Source: Paragordius varius
Taxonomy: Eukaryota; Animalia; Nematomorpha
Assembly (NCBI GenBank): GCA_964247055.1
Contig: OZ176053.1
Coordinates: 9,672,001 to 9,736,000 of the forward strand
Reading direction: 5' to 3'
DNA: 64,000 nucleotides
The notes beneath the pieces were generated by a model. The model was not told the origin of the DNA and made no database searches. It was given only the letters and a program-made list of their open reading frames with translations. This document shows, in pieces, positions 1 to 12,263 of this stretch (positions are counted from its first letter, which is position 1; each line of letters starts with the position of its first letter). The translations under genes and the position numbers were made by a program.

Positions 1-451
1 TCATGTTTGATAGCGGCCAAAATAAATTATACTTTTTCATTTGTTCCAAATCAATATACTTTATTTTCTAATCAGAGTTTTAAACTTCATAAATATCTGT
101 AAGCAAATGGTTTAAAGAGCTCAAAAAAATTTATATAAATTATCTATTCGGGAAAACTACCCAAAAATTGGAATGTTAACAGTAAAAAACCCTAAATTGC
201 AAATTACCTTGTAAATTGGGAAACTTCTTTGTTTTATTGAATTGAACGGTTTTTGACTTTTGAGGAAGCGCGGCAAACATTTTATATAGTATGGCTTTGT
301 GTAAAATATATTATATTATGGATTTTTTAAATGTATCTTCAGAAATTTCATGCAAATTAACAAAAAAATTTTTGATATAATAATAAAAATAAATATATAA
401 ATCTGTATTAAATGTATATTTATGTAGCGAATTAAAGAATATATTAATTTA

Positions 452-1928
452 CTAGCGTAAATCTCGTGCTGCTACGCAGCTCGAGGAAGTCCTTCGGACT
501 TCTGGGGGGGGGGGGGGGGGCATTTTTAATTTTATAAGCACTTTTGGTATGCAGCACGAAGTTTTAGAATGATTCACATAGTGTCATATTCTGAAATTTG
601 GCTCCAAAAACATGCTGTATGGATATGAATGCGCAGTTGTAGGCGGGTAGCCCCCTACCCAGAGGCCAATATAAAAATGTAGTTAGATAAAAAAATTTGC
701 CTTTATACCTGGAATAATCGTTCAGTCCTAATAGTTTATGGAAGAATGGTTTCAAAACTAAATAATAGTTCAATGATAGCGCATTTTAGGGAGTAAAGGG
801 CCTATTTAACGGTTAATTAAAAAAATCCGCTCGACTAAAATTTTTGACTTTTTACGGGTGATACTTTAAGCAGCTATTGAACTCATATGGCCTCATAGGT
901 TATCTGAAATTTAGCCCCAAAAGCACGCATTTTCGATATGACGGGTCAGTTTTTCGCAGGTAGCTCACTCAGCAGCTATCATCAAAGAAACGGCTGACTA
1001 ATTTTTTGCCTTTTAACAGGGACTACGTGGAATCTTTATTGAATTTTTACGGTCTCATACCTTGGGCAAAAAAATACAATCAAAAAATTATTTTTGTGGA
1101 CTGGCATTTTACGGGGGTAGGTAAAAAGAGGGCCTAAATCAAAAAAGTGAGTCGACTATGTTCAGCGCGATCAATAATAAGTAAACAAAAATCATATTTA
1201 AAATTGAATGGTCCAACACCTTCTCCAAAAAATTGACCTAACCCATTTTTAACACGGGGTGGCCCCGAACTGGGGACCTAATTCCAAAAAAGGGCGAAGC
1301 TATTGTCGGGACATTCATTTATGATTATATTTTTTCGATATTTGGATTTGAATGGGTTCACCAGTTTTCCGGAAACAGATCACAAAGTTACATGAGGAAT
1401 CAGTTTTTAGCGGGTAGCTCCTTACCTTACCCAGCAGCTATCATCAAAGAAACGGTGGACTAAAATTTTTGCCTTTTAACAGGGAATACGAAAAATCCTT
1501 ATTGTTTACAGGCTCATACCTTGGGCAAATAGATTTAAAAAATTATTTTGGTGGACTTTGTTTTTTTTGAAAAAAATGGCATTTTACGGGGGTAGCGGGT
1601 AAAAAGAGGGCCTAAATTTAAAAAGCGAGACGACTATGTTCGGCACAATCGAAAATAATTAAATAAAAATCATATTTGAAATTGAATGGTCCAACACGTT
1701 CTCCGGAAAATTGTCTCAAATACACGATTTTTATGGACTTCTGTTTTCAAAAAAAACATTTTTCACACCGGATGGGCCCTAACTGGGGGCCTAATTCAAA
1801 AAAAGGGCGAAGCTATTGTCGGGGCATTCATTAATGATTATATTTTTTCGAAGTTTGGATTTGAATGGGTCTACCGTTTTTCCTGTACCAGATCACAAAG
1901 CCAGCATTTTCCATTTTAAATATATAGA
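452..1928 (-). mobile_element. Non-autonomous Helitron
   Basis: On the minus strand it starts TCTATATA (1928) and ends with a hairpin CG-A-GCTGC-GTA-GCAGC-A-CG (465-483) 9 nt upstream of a terminal CTAG (452). It is inserted between A and T. The paralogous empty site is seen at ~27800-27820. Internal sub-repeats are shared with 7764-9152. Confidence 0.88.
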
Positions 1929-3161
1929 TAATATACATGAATCTAAATCAGCAGTACTCATATCACGGTCCTCAGTGATTTTCGCTTAGGAGATTTTCAA
2001 AGATCAAAATAATAATCAAATGTAATTAATGTGAAAATGTGTGCTATTTGAAGTCTGCCTAAATGCAAGTTTTAATAGGAAATTTTAATTGATGTAATCA
2101 AGAAAATAAATTAAAATTTAGCACCTATGTGATTCTTAAATAATATAAATTTCACAATAAAATTATAAAATTTTGCAAGACGATTCGAGCTGGTAAGACA
2201 ACTTGATATAAAAAAATGATTCATAAACCAGGAATTATAATAAGGTCAAATGGGAAACCTAGATAGGCTTCAAACTTTTTAGTTGGGAATTTTATATTAT
2301 TTGAGATTTCAGGAACTATCCCAGTTCCGTACTGATAATTATGTTTGTTTTGGTTTTTGGTCATATATATCTTATGCCAAATTGGAGAATAATGGATTCG
2401 CCAGACACATAATACCAGTATCATTTGGGTTACAGGGTACGGCATGCAGGAACATTGAAAAAACATTTGTAATAATCGGCTTTTATGGCTGGGAGAGTTC
2501 ATATTTAGATGTTTAATATCCCTTTTTTCAAGTCATTAATTTGTTTTATTGGCATGTCACATAACCAAAGCATTTATTCAAATTTCAAGATTATGATTTT
2601 TACGTGGATAAAAGGCATGAGGTATGGTTGGTAGGTGGTTCTACCGCTAATCTGTGAGTGTGTGTCAGAGATCTAACCCCGAAACTCAATTTTTTCATAA
2701 TCGATGTCCACCTTGAGGAGGCGAGTGTTAAATCCTTCATAGGTTCTTAATGAAATTTAAGTGTTTACTTAACCTTTGATAAAAAGGACAAAAGACATTC
2801 TATATTTATATACATTATTTTTGTGAGTAGTGTTTAAGGTAGATATTATACGATTTGACATTATTTGTCAAATGGAATTAATATTTATCATCATTTCATT
2901 TCTGCGAGGACGATATTTCTTAAAATGTTTTATTGCAGCTTAAGATCGACTGAAAAAAGGCGAGACGTGCTTGAAAAGTGTAGACTAGGGTTGGTTTAAC
3001 ATGAATGCATATAACTGTGCTGAGAGGGCTTATAAAATGAATCAGTTTATAAATCATCATATGTTATCAAAAAATATAAAATAAATACGAAAAAATGATA
3101 AAAATTAACTTGTACATAATATCCAAATTTTTCCCCTATTGTTATTAATATATTATTTGTT

Positions 3162-3597
3162 CAAGCGTGTCCTTGAACAGATCAAGTTGGTCCTTAAACA
3201 CTTCAAGGTTATTAAGGACTTCAAAATGGTTCATCAACTTTTTATTTCGTTTTAACTATCTATTAACCCATGTATTATTCGTCTTTTTTATTGTTTTAAA
3301 TATTATCAACCTTTTATCATTCAGAAACCGTTAATCTTTATTAATTTATGAAATATATTAGGATTTCAACATTAAAATATATATCAGTTTTCTGGGATAC
3401 TTATTACCATTTTTTAAATTATAAGTCAATAACTTTGTTGAATTAAAAAATTTTTCGTATTATTTTAAATTAATAAATATATAATAAATAAAAAAAAATA
3501 AAAAATAAAATACTTGCAAAAATTATGGTTAAATACAACTAAAAAATTAAGGACCAATTGTTCATGGACCAACTTGAAGTGTTGAAGGACACTCTTG
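3162..3597. mobile_element. MITE-like core with inverted ends CAAG(A/C)GTGTCCTT..AAGTTGGTCC
   Basis: caagcgtgtccttgaacagatcaagttggtcc at the left and ggaccaacttgaagtgttgaaggacactcttg at the right. Related cores lie at ~30262-30642, 11629-12108 and 47829-48262. Confidence 0.7.
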
Positions 3598-3772
3598 CTT
3601 AAGAGTTTTATGAAATCTTTTACTGTAAAGACTCCATTTAAACCCTTTATTTATTATCGGTCAAAAACCCAACCTAGAGCAAACGCAGGTGAGTTGCGCT
3701 GTTTTATACCGTGTATTGCTAATTTATTATTATGCTGAACACATAATGTATAATTTTATTCAAATTACTTAC

Positions 3773-3958
3773 TCTCTGAATCAATCATAATCGGAATGAA
3801 TTTTAATATGAGGCGAACATGGTTATAAAGTTTTTCATGCCAAATTTTTTTAAAGGCAATTCCTGAATCAGACCATACTATAGCATAATTTTTAGCTTCG
3901 AAAGGTCCATAAGAAAATGAATGTATTTCTACTGGATTTCTTTGCACGATATAAGTTC
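3773..3958 (-). CDS. 186-bp internal coding exon (phase 1-1) of an unknown protein, probably a downstream exon of the micro-exon gene
   Basis: tttag acceptor and gtaagt donor. Open frame GTYIVQRNPVEIHSFSYGPFEAKNYAIVWSDSGIAFKKIWHEKLYNHVRLILKFIPIMIDSE. The frame and splice sites are conserved in paralog 32275-32460. Confidence 0.6.
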
Positions 3959-5274
3959 CTAAACACACAAATCATGCAATCACCAATTTTGTTAAAATAT
4001 ATAATTTGATAAAATAAAATTAATATTGTTTAAATAATTTGGATATTTATAAAAAAGGTACAAAATTTGAAAAACGTTTAATAGGAAACCCAGCTTTCAT
4101 TTGAAGTTTTGAAGCAAAAACTCAATTGGTAATTTTTGTCAGTTGTTTTATAACATGTGTATTTTAACTATACTATTTTATTTTTAAAAAAGTTTAATTA
4201 TAATATCAAGTATTCATTTAAATTGTCTGAACTAATCATTTACACTGAAATAAATCTCTTTATGACATCCCATTAAAAATAATTTTGAATGTTTTATAAC
4301 GAAAAGCGATCCGATTATAAAAAGATAATGAAATGAGCAACGTTATTAAAATCAATTATTTTTGCAGTTTAGTGTGAATGATGTTCTTTTTATCATTTTA
4401 TCTAAACTTAAATATTTAATTAATAATATTTATAAAAAAATTTTTTGGTTATTTTATCAAAGTTTAGTTATTTTAAATTTCACACGAAATTGCTGTGAGT
4501 CCTGTTTCACTATATTATCAAAAATTATAAATATATTTATCCAAAAAGGAATGTACCATACAATACAAGGAAATTCGGAGGGCTTTCAAAAAAATAAATT
4601 ATATTTTTTGGAGAAAAGTAACACACTATAAATAATTTGGAACCATGTTATGTAAACTTTTAATTTAACCAATTTAGTCTAAAACCGTATTTAAGAGATA
4701 TGTGGAACCAAAACCAAAAACTATTCCAATCTCAATATCACGTGTGATGACTATATCTTTACATTATAAAATGAATGATTTTAAAATATCCTACCTTTTA
4801 CCAAACATATTAAGAATATAGCGAACAAATAGTACATGATTGATGGGAAATAAAATATTTAATAAAACATTTTTAAAAAAATGTTACAGATATATACCCT
4901 AATTTGTTTATTTACATAAAATTAAAGAGACACAGACATAGATAGATATCCTTCCTTATATGTATATTGTATATTATTAATATAGCATTTTCATGTAGAT
5001 ACTGTAATCCTTTGATTAATTGTTTAAAGGGTGAATGTACATTTAAAATCAAGGTTACTTAATCAGCAAAGATTTAAATAACCGAAGGACCATGTTCATA
5101 AATGTAAAAACAGGTATGAAAAATTCCGAACCATATTAATTTTAACAAGGTTATTTACACAAATTAAATAAGGTGATATTTTATTGACAATAATTATAAT
5201 GCAACACATTTTTATGTATTGTAATGGGCCGGTCGATTGTGTAATGTTGACATAGATACTGATGAAATGTACAT

Positions 5275-5713
5275 TGTAATACTAACTGGAATTTATAAAC
5301 TATAAAAAAATACCATGGAATAAAAACGGAAATACATACCTTTAGCACAGGGTATTTTAAAGTTAAATATTGGTTTATAAAATCGTATTAAACAAGTTAA
5401 ATACTGTTACAGTATAATAAATCATTCATTTAAACTAAACTAGAATATTTATAGAATATTAGATTTATTAAACATTGGTATAAAATTTAGGATATAGTCG
5501 ATAGGATATATTTTAACTGTAGGCAATATCTTTATTTTATTTCATACATGTCTTTATATAAACTTATCATTATATCCCTAGAAGTAAACCCGACCCCCGA
5601 CGCAATTAGACGGCTGTCACTGAACCACCATTGACTGGTGTATGAAAGGGCAGCAAGGGACGTCTTTTATGGAGAGTGGCGACGTGGGTCTGCTACACCC
5701 TTTTCTTGATACA
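5275..5713. mobile_element. 439-bp insertion, possible solo LTR
   Basis: Absent from the paralogous site at ~34295 and bounded by TG...CA. The right half is GC-richer. The target-site duplication is imperfect (cattg/ccttg at best). Confidence 0.45.
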
Positions 5714-7208
5714 CCTTGATGCCGTAATATGTATAGACAGCTATTTATATATTTATTACGGATTTGGTTGTGGCTCTTGGGGCTGGAAAAGTAAATTTTA
5801 TCTTGACGATATAGATTATCAGTAAATATTTTTCATGCATTTTTAATTTGTTTTATTTTTAAAAAAAATTATGGAAATTGTGATTTCATAGGTTATTTTT
5901 TATTATATCATAAGTTATACTTTATTTAGTTATATCATTTCGGTTGGTAGTTATGAGTTTTACTTTCTGAGTACGAATTCGTTTAACCGTTGGTAAATAA
6001 TAATTCTTGATAACATTTTAGTAAACTGAAGTAATTTGATGGACAATAAATATAATTGATTTGTTTTATACACTTTTTTTTGTAAATATGATTTTCAACG
6101 TACATATATAAATTATCCTTATGTTCTATATGTTATTATGGCAAAATAATTATGTCATTTTTTGAAAGATTATTACAATATTTCATATCATAAAATATTA
6201 TATGTCTGTATTCTTTTAATTTTTATCGTTTATCAATCTTTTGGAACAAAGGAACTAGCACAATTTAGCCTAAAACACCCATAGTTACAATTTTACTAAT
6301 TCCTCGTTTGAAAGCATCAAATTTTTTGATTTAGATTAAAACAGAAGAGCCCCGTGTTGTAGTGAACGCCTCGCAAAATATAATTGATTGATAAACATTG
6401 AAAAGGAAATGGGATCAAAAGCCGATTTTGCCGGCAAACATAACAACCAATACTTCCATAAAAAAAAAAGGTTTATGGTGATAAATCGTTTTGTAGTTTA
6501 GTAAAATATTCTGTGTTATTCACAATCACTCATATTTTTTAGCAATGCAACATTTAACTAGTCATTCTTTGTATGCACCTATTATATAGTAATTTATTAT
6601 TTAATATACCAATATTTATAATTTTAAAATAAGCATTGTTTTGTTTTTGTTAATGTCAATTATCTGACCTCATTAATCAAGTATATAACAATAGATTATC
6701 AAATTAATTATTAGGTCTAGTAAATAAATTTATGTCATGTACATGCAAAAATATTTGCGTTTTAAAATGGTTATAACCGATTCAAAATTTATTAAAATAA
6801 AAAAATAAGTCTAACAGCTGTAAAAATTAAATAAAAATGTGCGTTTATACTTTGTAAATTCGGCAGATAGATAAATTTTATTAAGTTTTGAATAAAAAAT
6901 AATAATAAGATGTATAACAGCTGTTTCTTAGTTTTTGAGGTAATGGAATATAAATATGTGTTTTACAAGTTTTTTCCGGTTTTTTTAATATCAGATTTTA
7001 TGAAATAAAAAAATTAATAATATTTTCTTATTTTATTTTATTATATAAACTGAAATATATTTGGCAAAATCATAGAAATTTTACTGTATGTAATTTTTCA
7101 AATCATAGATAGAAGTAATTGTAAAATCAGATGCAATGTTAACGATTTATAATTTAGTTACCCATTTATTGATAATTCAAAATTTGCCCATTATACTGCT
7201 TTAATGAC

Positions 7209-9458
7209 TTTTATAAATAAATATTAATTGTCCCATGGGTACTTTGCAGTTATCGTGTGGCTTGTAACCAATCAAATATTCTTTATTTTCTTCAAAAATG
7301 GACGTATCCATATATAAATCAATGCACATATTATCCTAAATATAAAATAGTATTATTTATATAGTTAGGATTTATAATAAATATATAAAAAATAAAAAAC
7401 GGGTTTGTTGAAAATAAAGTTATATGTATTAATGGTGATTTTAGTTTTGGTTGAATCGTGAAAAGATATATTAATTTTAATCTTAATTGGTCAAAATTAA
7501 AAATCGTAAATTAGGCGCACATTATCTTGGTATTTTTTGATAGATAAGGGATATGATTGAATTCATATTTGTTATATACATATTGTTATAAATTATTTTT
7601 ATAAGAGATCCAAAAATATCTTTCTAAGCTGCCAGGACTAAACAAACATGTGTCATGCTATAAATGGAGACTTTTTTGCATTAAAAATTAAATTGAATTT
7701 TTGGTGGCCTCGAAAAATAGCTTTTAGACAAAAAATACCATTTAATAAGCAAAATATAAGCAACCAGCTGACCCTCTCACGCTTCGCTGTGACGTAATCT
7801 TACCGATAATTATTCTTAATAATTTGCAATAAATACATGTAATGGAGATAAAAAATAATAAAAAAGATGTTAAAGAATGTCTTTAATTATTTTTTTACGG
7901 GTTTTGCATAGGCTCGAAAAATTGACCATATTTAAACTGTGTTAATATCCAATATGATTGGATTTATTTTAAGATTTTCGTTTTACGATATCATGGTTAA
8001 ACGTTTTATTTTGGAATTGTGTTCACACAGCTGGGATCAAGGGATATAAATAGTAAATCATTTGTGGTCCCTTTTTAGAGAAAAGAGTGATATTAAAATC
8101 CCCAGAAATATGTTTAACTAAACTCGTATGGCTTTTGAAGTTTTTTGAAAATTAGCTCCAAAACCTTGCCATTTTTGTATGGCGTCTTTAAACAGTCATT
8201 CTATGGTGGCGCATTTTTTAGGTCAAGGGCCTAATTAAAGGGGTAATTTAATAAAACCGCTCCAATTAAATTATTGCCTTTTTACGGGTAATATTTCAAG
8301 CCCTTATTGATCTCATATGGCCTGATAGGTTTTCTAAAAATTACTTCCGAAGTCACGCTGTATCGATATGGTGGTGCCAAAAAAGACGTTCGATAAAAAA
8401 TTTTGCCTTTATAGGGGAATACCTGGAATCATTATTCATTCCTTATGTTCTTGATAGTTTTTGATAGAATGACTTCAAAGCTAAATAGTAGTTCAATGAT
8501 AGCTAAAGGGCACCGCTAATTTTAAAAAACCACCCGACCTAAATTTTTCCTTGTTACGGGTAATATTTTTAGCAGCTAGTGAACTCGTATGGCCTGATAG
8601 GTTTTCTGAAATTTAGCCCCTAAGGCAGGCAATTTCGATATGACGGGTCAGTTTTTAGCGGGTGTCTCCTTACCCAGCAGCCAATATAAAAGAAACGTTT
8701 GACTAAAATTTTTGCCTTTTAACATAGAATACCTGGAATCCTCATTGAATTTTTACGGTCTCATACCTTGGGCGAAAAATAGACTCAAAGAATTATCTTT
8801 GTGGACTCAATTGAAAAAAGTGGCATTTTAGGGGGGCGGGTAAAAAGAGGGCCTAATTTAAAAAGCGAGCCGATGTTCGGCGCAATCGAAAATAAGTAAA
8901 AATATTATATTTGAAATTGAATGGTCCAACACGTTTTCCGGAAAATTGCCTCCATGATTTTTGTGGAGTACTGTTTTCAAAAAAACGCGTTCACACGAGG
9001 GCCCGAACTTGGGGCCTAATTCATAAAAAGGGCGAAGCTATTGTCGGGACATTCATTAATATATATATTCGACATTTAGATTTGAATGGATCCACCGGAT
9101 TTCCGGAAACAGATCACAAAGCCACCACTATACGTTTTATAAATATAATAGATTATATAAATAATCAATTTGCTTATGTCTATTCGCGTAAATAGCACGT
9201 GCTAATTGTTAAACTATAAATTTCATACAGATAATATAAAATTTCTATCGTTTGTTGTTTTGTTTGTCATTAATAATAGTATTAAAAATTTAATTACCGC
9301 GTTTGCCATTACATTAGCACCATACACGAGGGACAAATCTTTGGTACCCTGCAAATATATCTTGAACTGCTTATCCGGGTAATTAAGGAAATAATTACTG
9401 CAAAGCTGCAAAGAAAAATCCTTAATGCAAACGTAATCATCTTTCAAAATATCATTAT
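7209..9458 (-). CDS. Probable downstream exons of the micro-exon gene (9298-9458, 7209-7335)
   Basis: AG/GT-bounded open exons with phases compatible with exon 12264-12381: NDILKDDYVCIKDFSLQLCSNYF...GANVMANA and DNMCIDLYMDTSIFEENKEYLIGYKPHDNCKVPMGQLIFIYK. Alternative stops exist at 12208 and 7201. Confidence 0.5.
7764..9152 (-). mobile_element. Non-autonomous Helitron, second copy
   Basis: Minus-strand 5' TCTATTATAT at 9152. 3' hairpin TCAC-AGCGAAGC-GTGA followed by degenerate CTGG at 7764. Extensive similarity to 452-1928 (e.g. 8650-9130 vs 1380-1900). Confidence 0.8.
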
Positions 9459-9699
9459 CTGTTGTAAAACAAAAATTACAAAAAAATGATATACTAAATT
9501 ATAATATGTAATCATATATTGTACCTAAAATTTTAGTTTTAATATCGAAACAATGTTAGCATGTGATCGAATTATATTCACCATAAAATGAAAAGAAGCC
9601 CACATTTCAAATAAGACATTTAATTACTTTTTTTATTATTAACAATAAAATACTTAATTCAAGGTTAAACTTTAAGGTAATTTGCATCGTTTAAAAGAG

Positions 9700-10822
9700 T
9701 GTTTGGCGTTGCAAAAAGATTAATTTTAACAAAAAAATTTTTTTCATGAGATAGCTTATGACGTCAAAAAATGATAAAATTTGAAATTTTATGGTTCATT
9801 ATCAGGATATATTTTCAATATATAAATAACCTAAAATCACATAGTTAGGGTTTCTATAAAATTTCGTTTCAAAAGATGGCGTTTTTCGTTTAACACACTT
9901 AAAAGCCAAAAAAATTTTAATGAAACTATATTAAAATATTTTTTTTTAATTATTTACTACCCAAACTATTTATTCATATCTTAACATTCATATTTTATTC
10001 AGTAAAAAAATTATATATCAAAATAAAACCAAAAATATTGTTTTTTATTTTTACATTTTTTTGTCATATGGTTTATGAGTGTATAAAAAATTTATACTGT
10101 TTTTTGGAATCCTCAATAAGTCGGAGTTATAAAGTATCTAATTTTTGCAATATTTAAAAGTAGTGGAATATCCACCAACAATCCTTACAAATCCTGTAAC
10201 AAGTATGACAAAATAATATTTTTATTGGGATTTATACGGATTGTTGCTACTTTTAAATCCTATTTTACATAATACTTTATAACTCCAACTTATGTAAGAT
10301 TTCAAAATAAAACAGTATAAATTTTTTTTACACTCATAAACCAGATGACAAAAAAATGTAAAAATAAAAAACAATTTTGGTTTTGTTATATGAATTTTTT
10401 ACTGAATAAAATATGAATGTTAAGATAATAAAGAGTTTGGGTAGTAGATAATTAAAAAAATTATTTTTATATAGTTTCATTAAAAAATTTTTGTCATTTA
10501 AGTGTGTTAAAAGAAACACGCCATCTTTTGAGCTGAAATTTTATAGAAACCCTAACTATATAATTTTAGTCTTTTTATATATTGAAAATATATCCTAAAA
10601 TGATAATAAACCATAATATCTCAAATTTATCATTATTTTTTGAATTATCCTTAATTATTCTCAATTTTCACTTTTTGCCCGATTTCGATTTTCTCTCAAT
10701 ATTTCAAAAACTAGGTTGTCAACAAATAATAATTTTTGCAGCAAATAAATTCGCTGGTCATAAGCTATCTCATAAAAAAAAATTTTTGTTAAAAAAATTA
10801 ACCCTATTTTTTGCACACAGTG
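9700..10822. mobile_element. Foldback MITE, Tc1/mariner-like termini (older copy of the 53005-54253 family)
   Basis: Long inverted arms (catgagatagcttatgac / gtcataagctatctcat). Right end ttttgcacacagtg+ta; left end degenerate and approximate. Confidence 0.75.
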
Positions 10823-11628
10823 TATTTATAAGATTGGTATTAAAATTATCCAAAATAATGCAACGAGACTTTATTCGCCAATAGAACCCCGAACCATATT
10901 ATAAAATATGTATAAAACTTTAAATCCAAAATAACAAAAATAATTTCAACCTACTCCGGATTAGAGTTAAAATAGTTAATGGATAAAAAATTTTATTTTC
11001 ATATATTTAAAAATTTGGATTTTTATCTAAGCCTTATGGCCCCATAAAAAATAGCTATATAATATAAAAAGTTTAAGCACTATAGAAACTAAATTAATTT
11101 TTCTTAAACTACAAAGTTAATATTTTCTACATTTTTCGAGGATTATAATTTTATTTATTACCTTTTGAATATACAAAAAAAGGAAATTTGTTTAGTAAAA
11201 AATTACCAATCATCGTTTTTCCATCGTCTTTCAAATATAAATATAATTTTATCAAACATGTAATAATAAAATTTACTAACACAATTCAAAGTAAAAATAT
11301 TCGAAAAAGATATTCATCATATCCGGTTTTATCGTAACATCGCATAATAATAACTTGGACTAATAAATTTCCTTATCGTTTATCATAAAATCTATTTTTT
11401 TGTATATAATAAAAATCGGATAGCTTTTTTAGTTCGAAACGCGACAAACAGCGAATTATGAGTAAAGTTTAACAAAATGATTATTGTTTAATTAAATTTT
11501 GATAACCCGAGTAAATTAAAGTAATGGTTTTATGAAGGAAAATCTAAGCAATTGAGGTATATACTATATAATAAAAATTGGTCAAATTAAGGACACTGTT
11601 AGAAAAATTAATATAGCTATGCTATATA

Positions 11629-12106
11629 TACCATTTGCACTTTAAGATTGGTCCTTTAACATTTCAAATTGGTCCTTAAAATTAGGTTTTAATTTAATTT
11701 ATTTTTTATTTTATTATTTTTTAAACTAATTTACTTTATTTATTATATATTTATTCATTTAAAAATAAAAAATTATATGCAAAAACCACTTTTGTGTTCC
11801 AAACTATTTTTTTTCCCAATTTAACAATTAACTTTTAAATTTTAATAAAAAATTGAATAATAACCCAGAAAACTTGTATATTTTTTAATTACGTGTTAAA
11901 TTTAATATTTAAAAAAAATTAAAAAAGTAAAAAAATCAATAAAAATATACGGTTTCTGAATGATTAAACGTTGATAATGAATTAAAAGTTATGCTAAATA
12001 ATAGAAATAGGTTAAAAACAATAAAATAGATGAATGATATACGATTTGGTTGATAAAAGTTAAAAACAAAACAACTAAGTCAAAAATCAACTTGAAGTGC
12101 AAATGG

Positions 12107-12108
<2 letters not shown>
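11629..12108. mobile_element. MITE with TACCATTTGCACTT termini inserted in TA repeats
   Basis: taccatttgcactttaag ... cttgaagtgcaaatggta, with TA runs on both sides. Sub-terminal ttggtcc motifs are shared with the 3162-3597 core. Confidence 0.75.
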
Positions 12109-12158
<50 letters not shown>

Positions 12159-12263
12159 AGTTTATCAAATTGAGGTCTGGGATCTAAAAACCACCTCAAA
12201 TGGTAAATTAGGACAAAAAATGAAAAGGTAATGAGTGTTTATAAAAAACGCCCTTTTTATTAC

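Larger units (their letters stand above)
1..5749. repeat. Segmental duplication copy A (paralogous to 27390-34330; runs off the left edge of the window)
   Basis: Collinear matching blocks, e.g. 1-430 vs 27390-27810, 1929-2390 vs 27810-28300, 3190-3662 vs 30260-30713, 3662-4680 vs 32153-33215 and 4680-5749 vs 33706-34330. About 89% identity over the one exon counted base by base. Confidence 0.92.

Noticed and set aside
503-520. Poly-G tract as a regulatory G-quadruplex
   Set aside because: It is a simple homopolymer inside a Helitron, with no supporting context.
564-1919. ORFs 564-773, 1686-1919 and 8911-9195 as genes
   Set aside because: They lie inside non-autonomous Helitron copies, have no RepHel motifs, and the frames are not conserved between copies.
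10582-10884. ORFs 10334-10519, 10582-10884 and 54116-54355
   Set aside because: They lie within arms of the Tc1-like foldback MITE family and show no transposase similarity.
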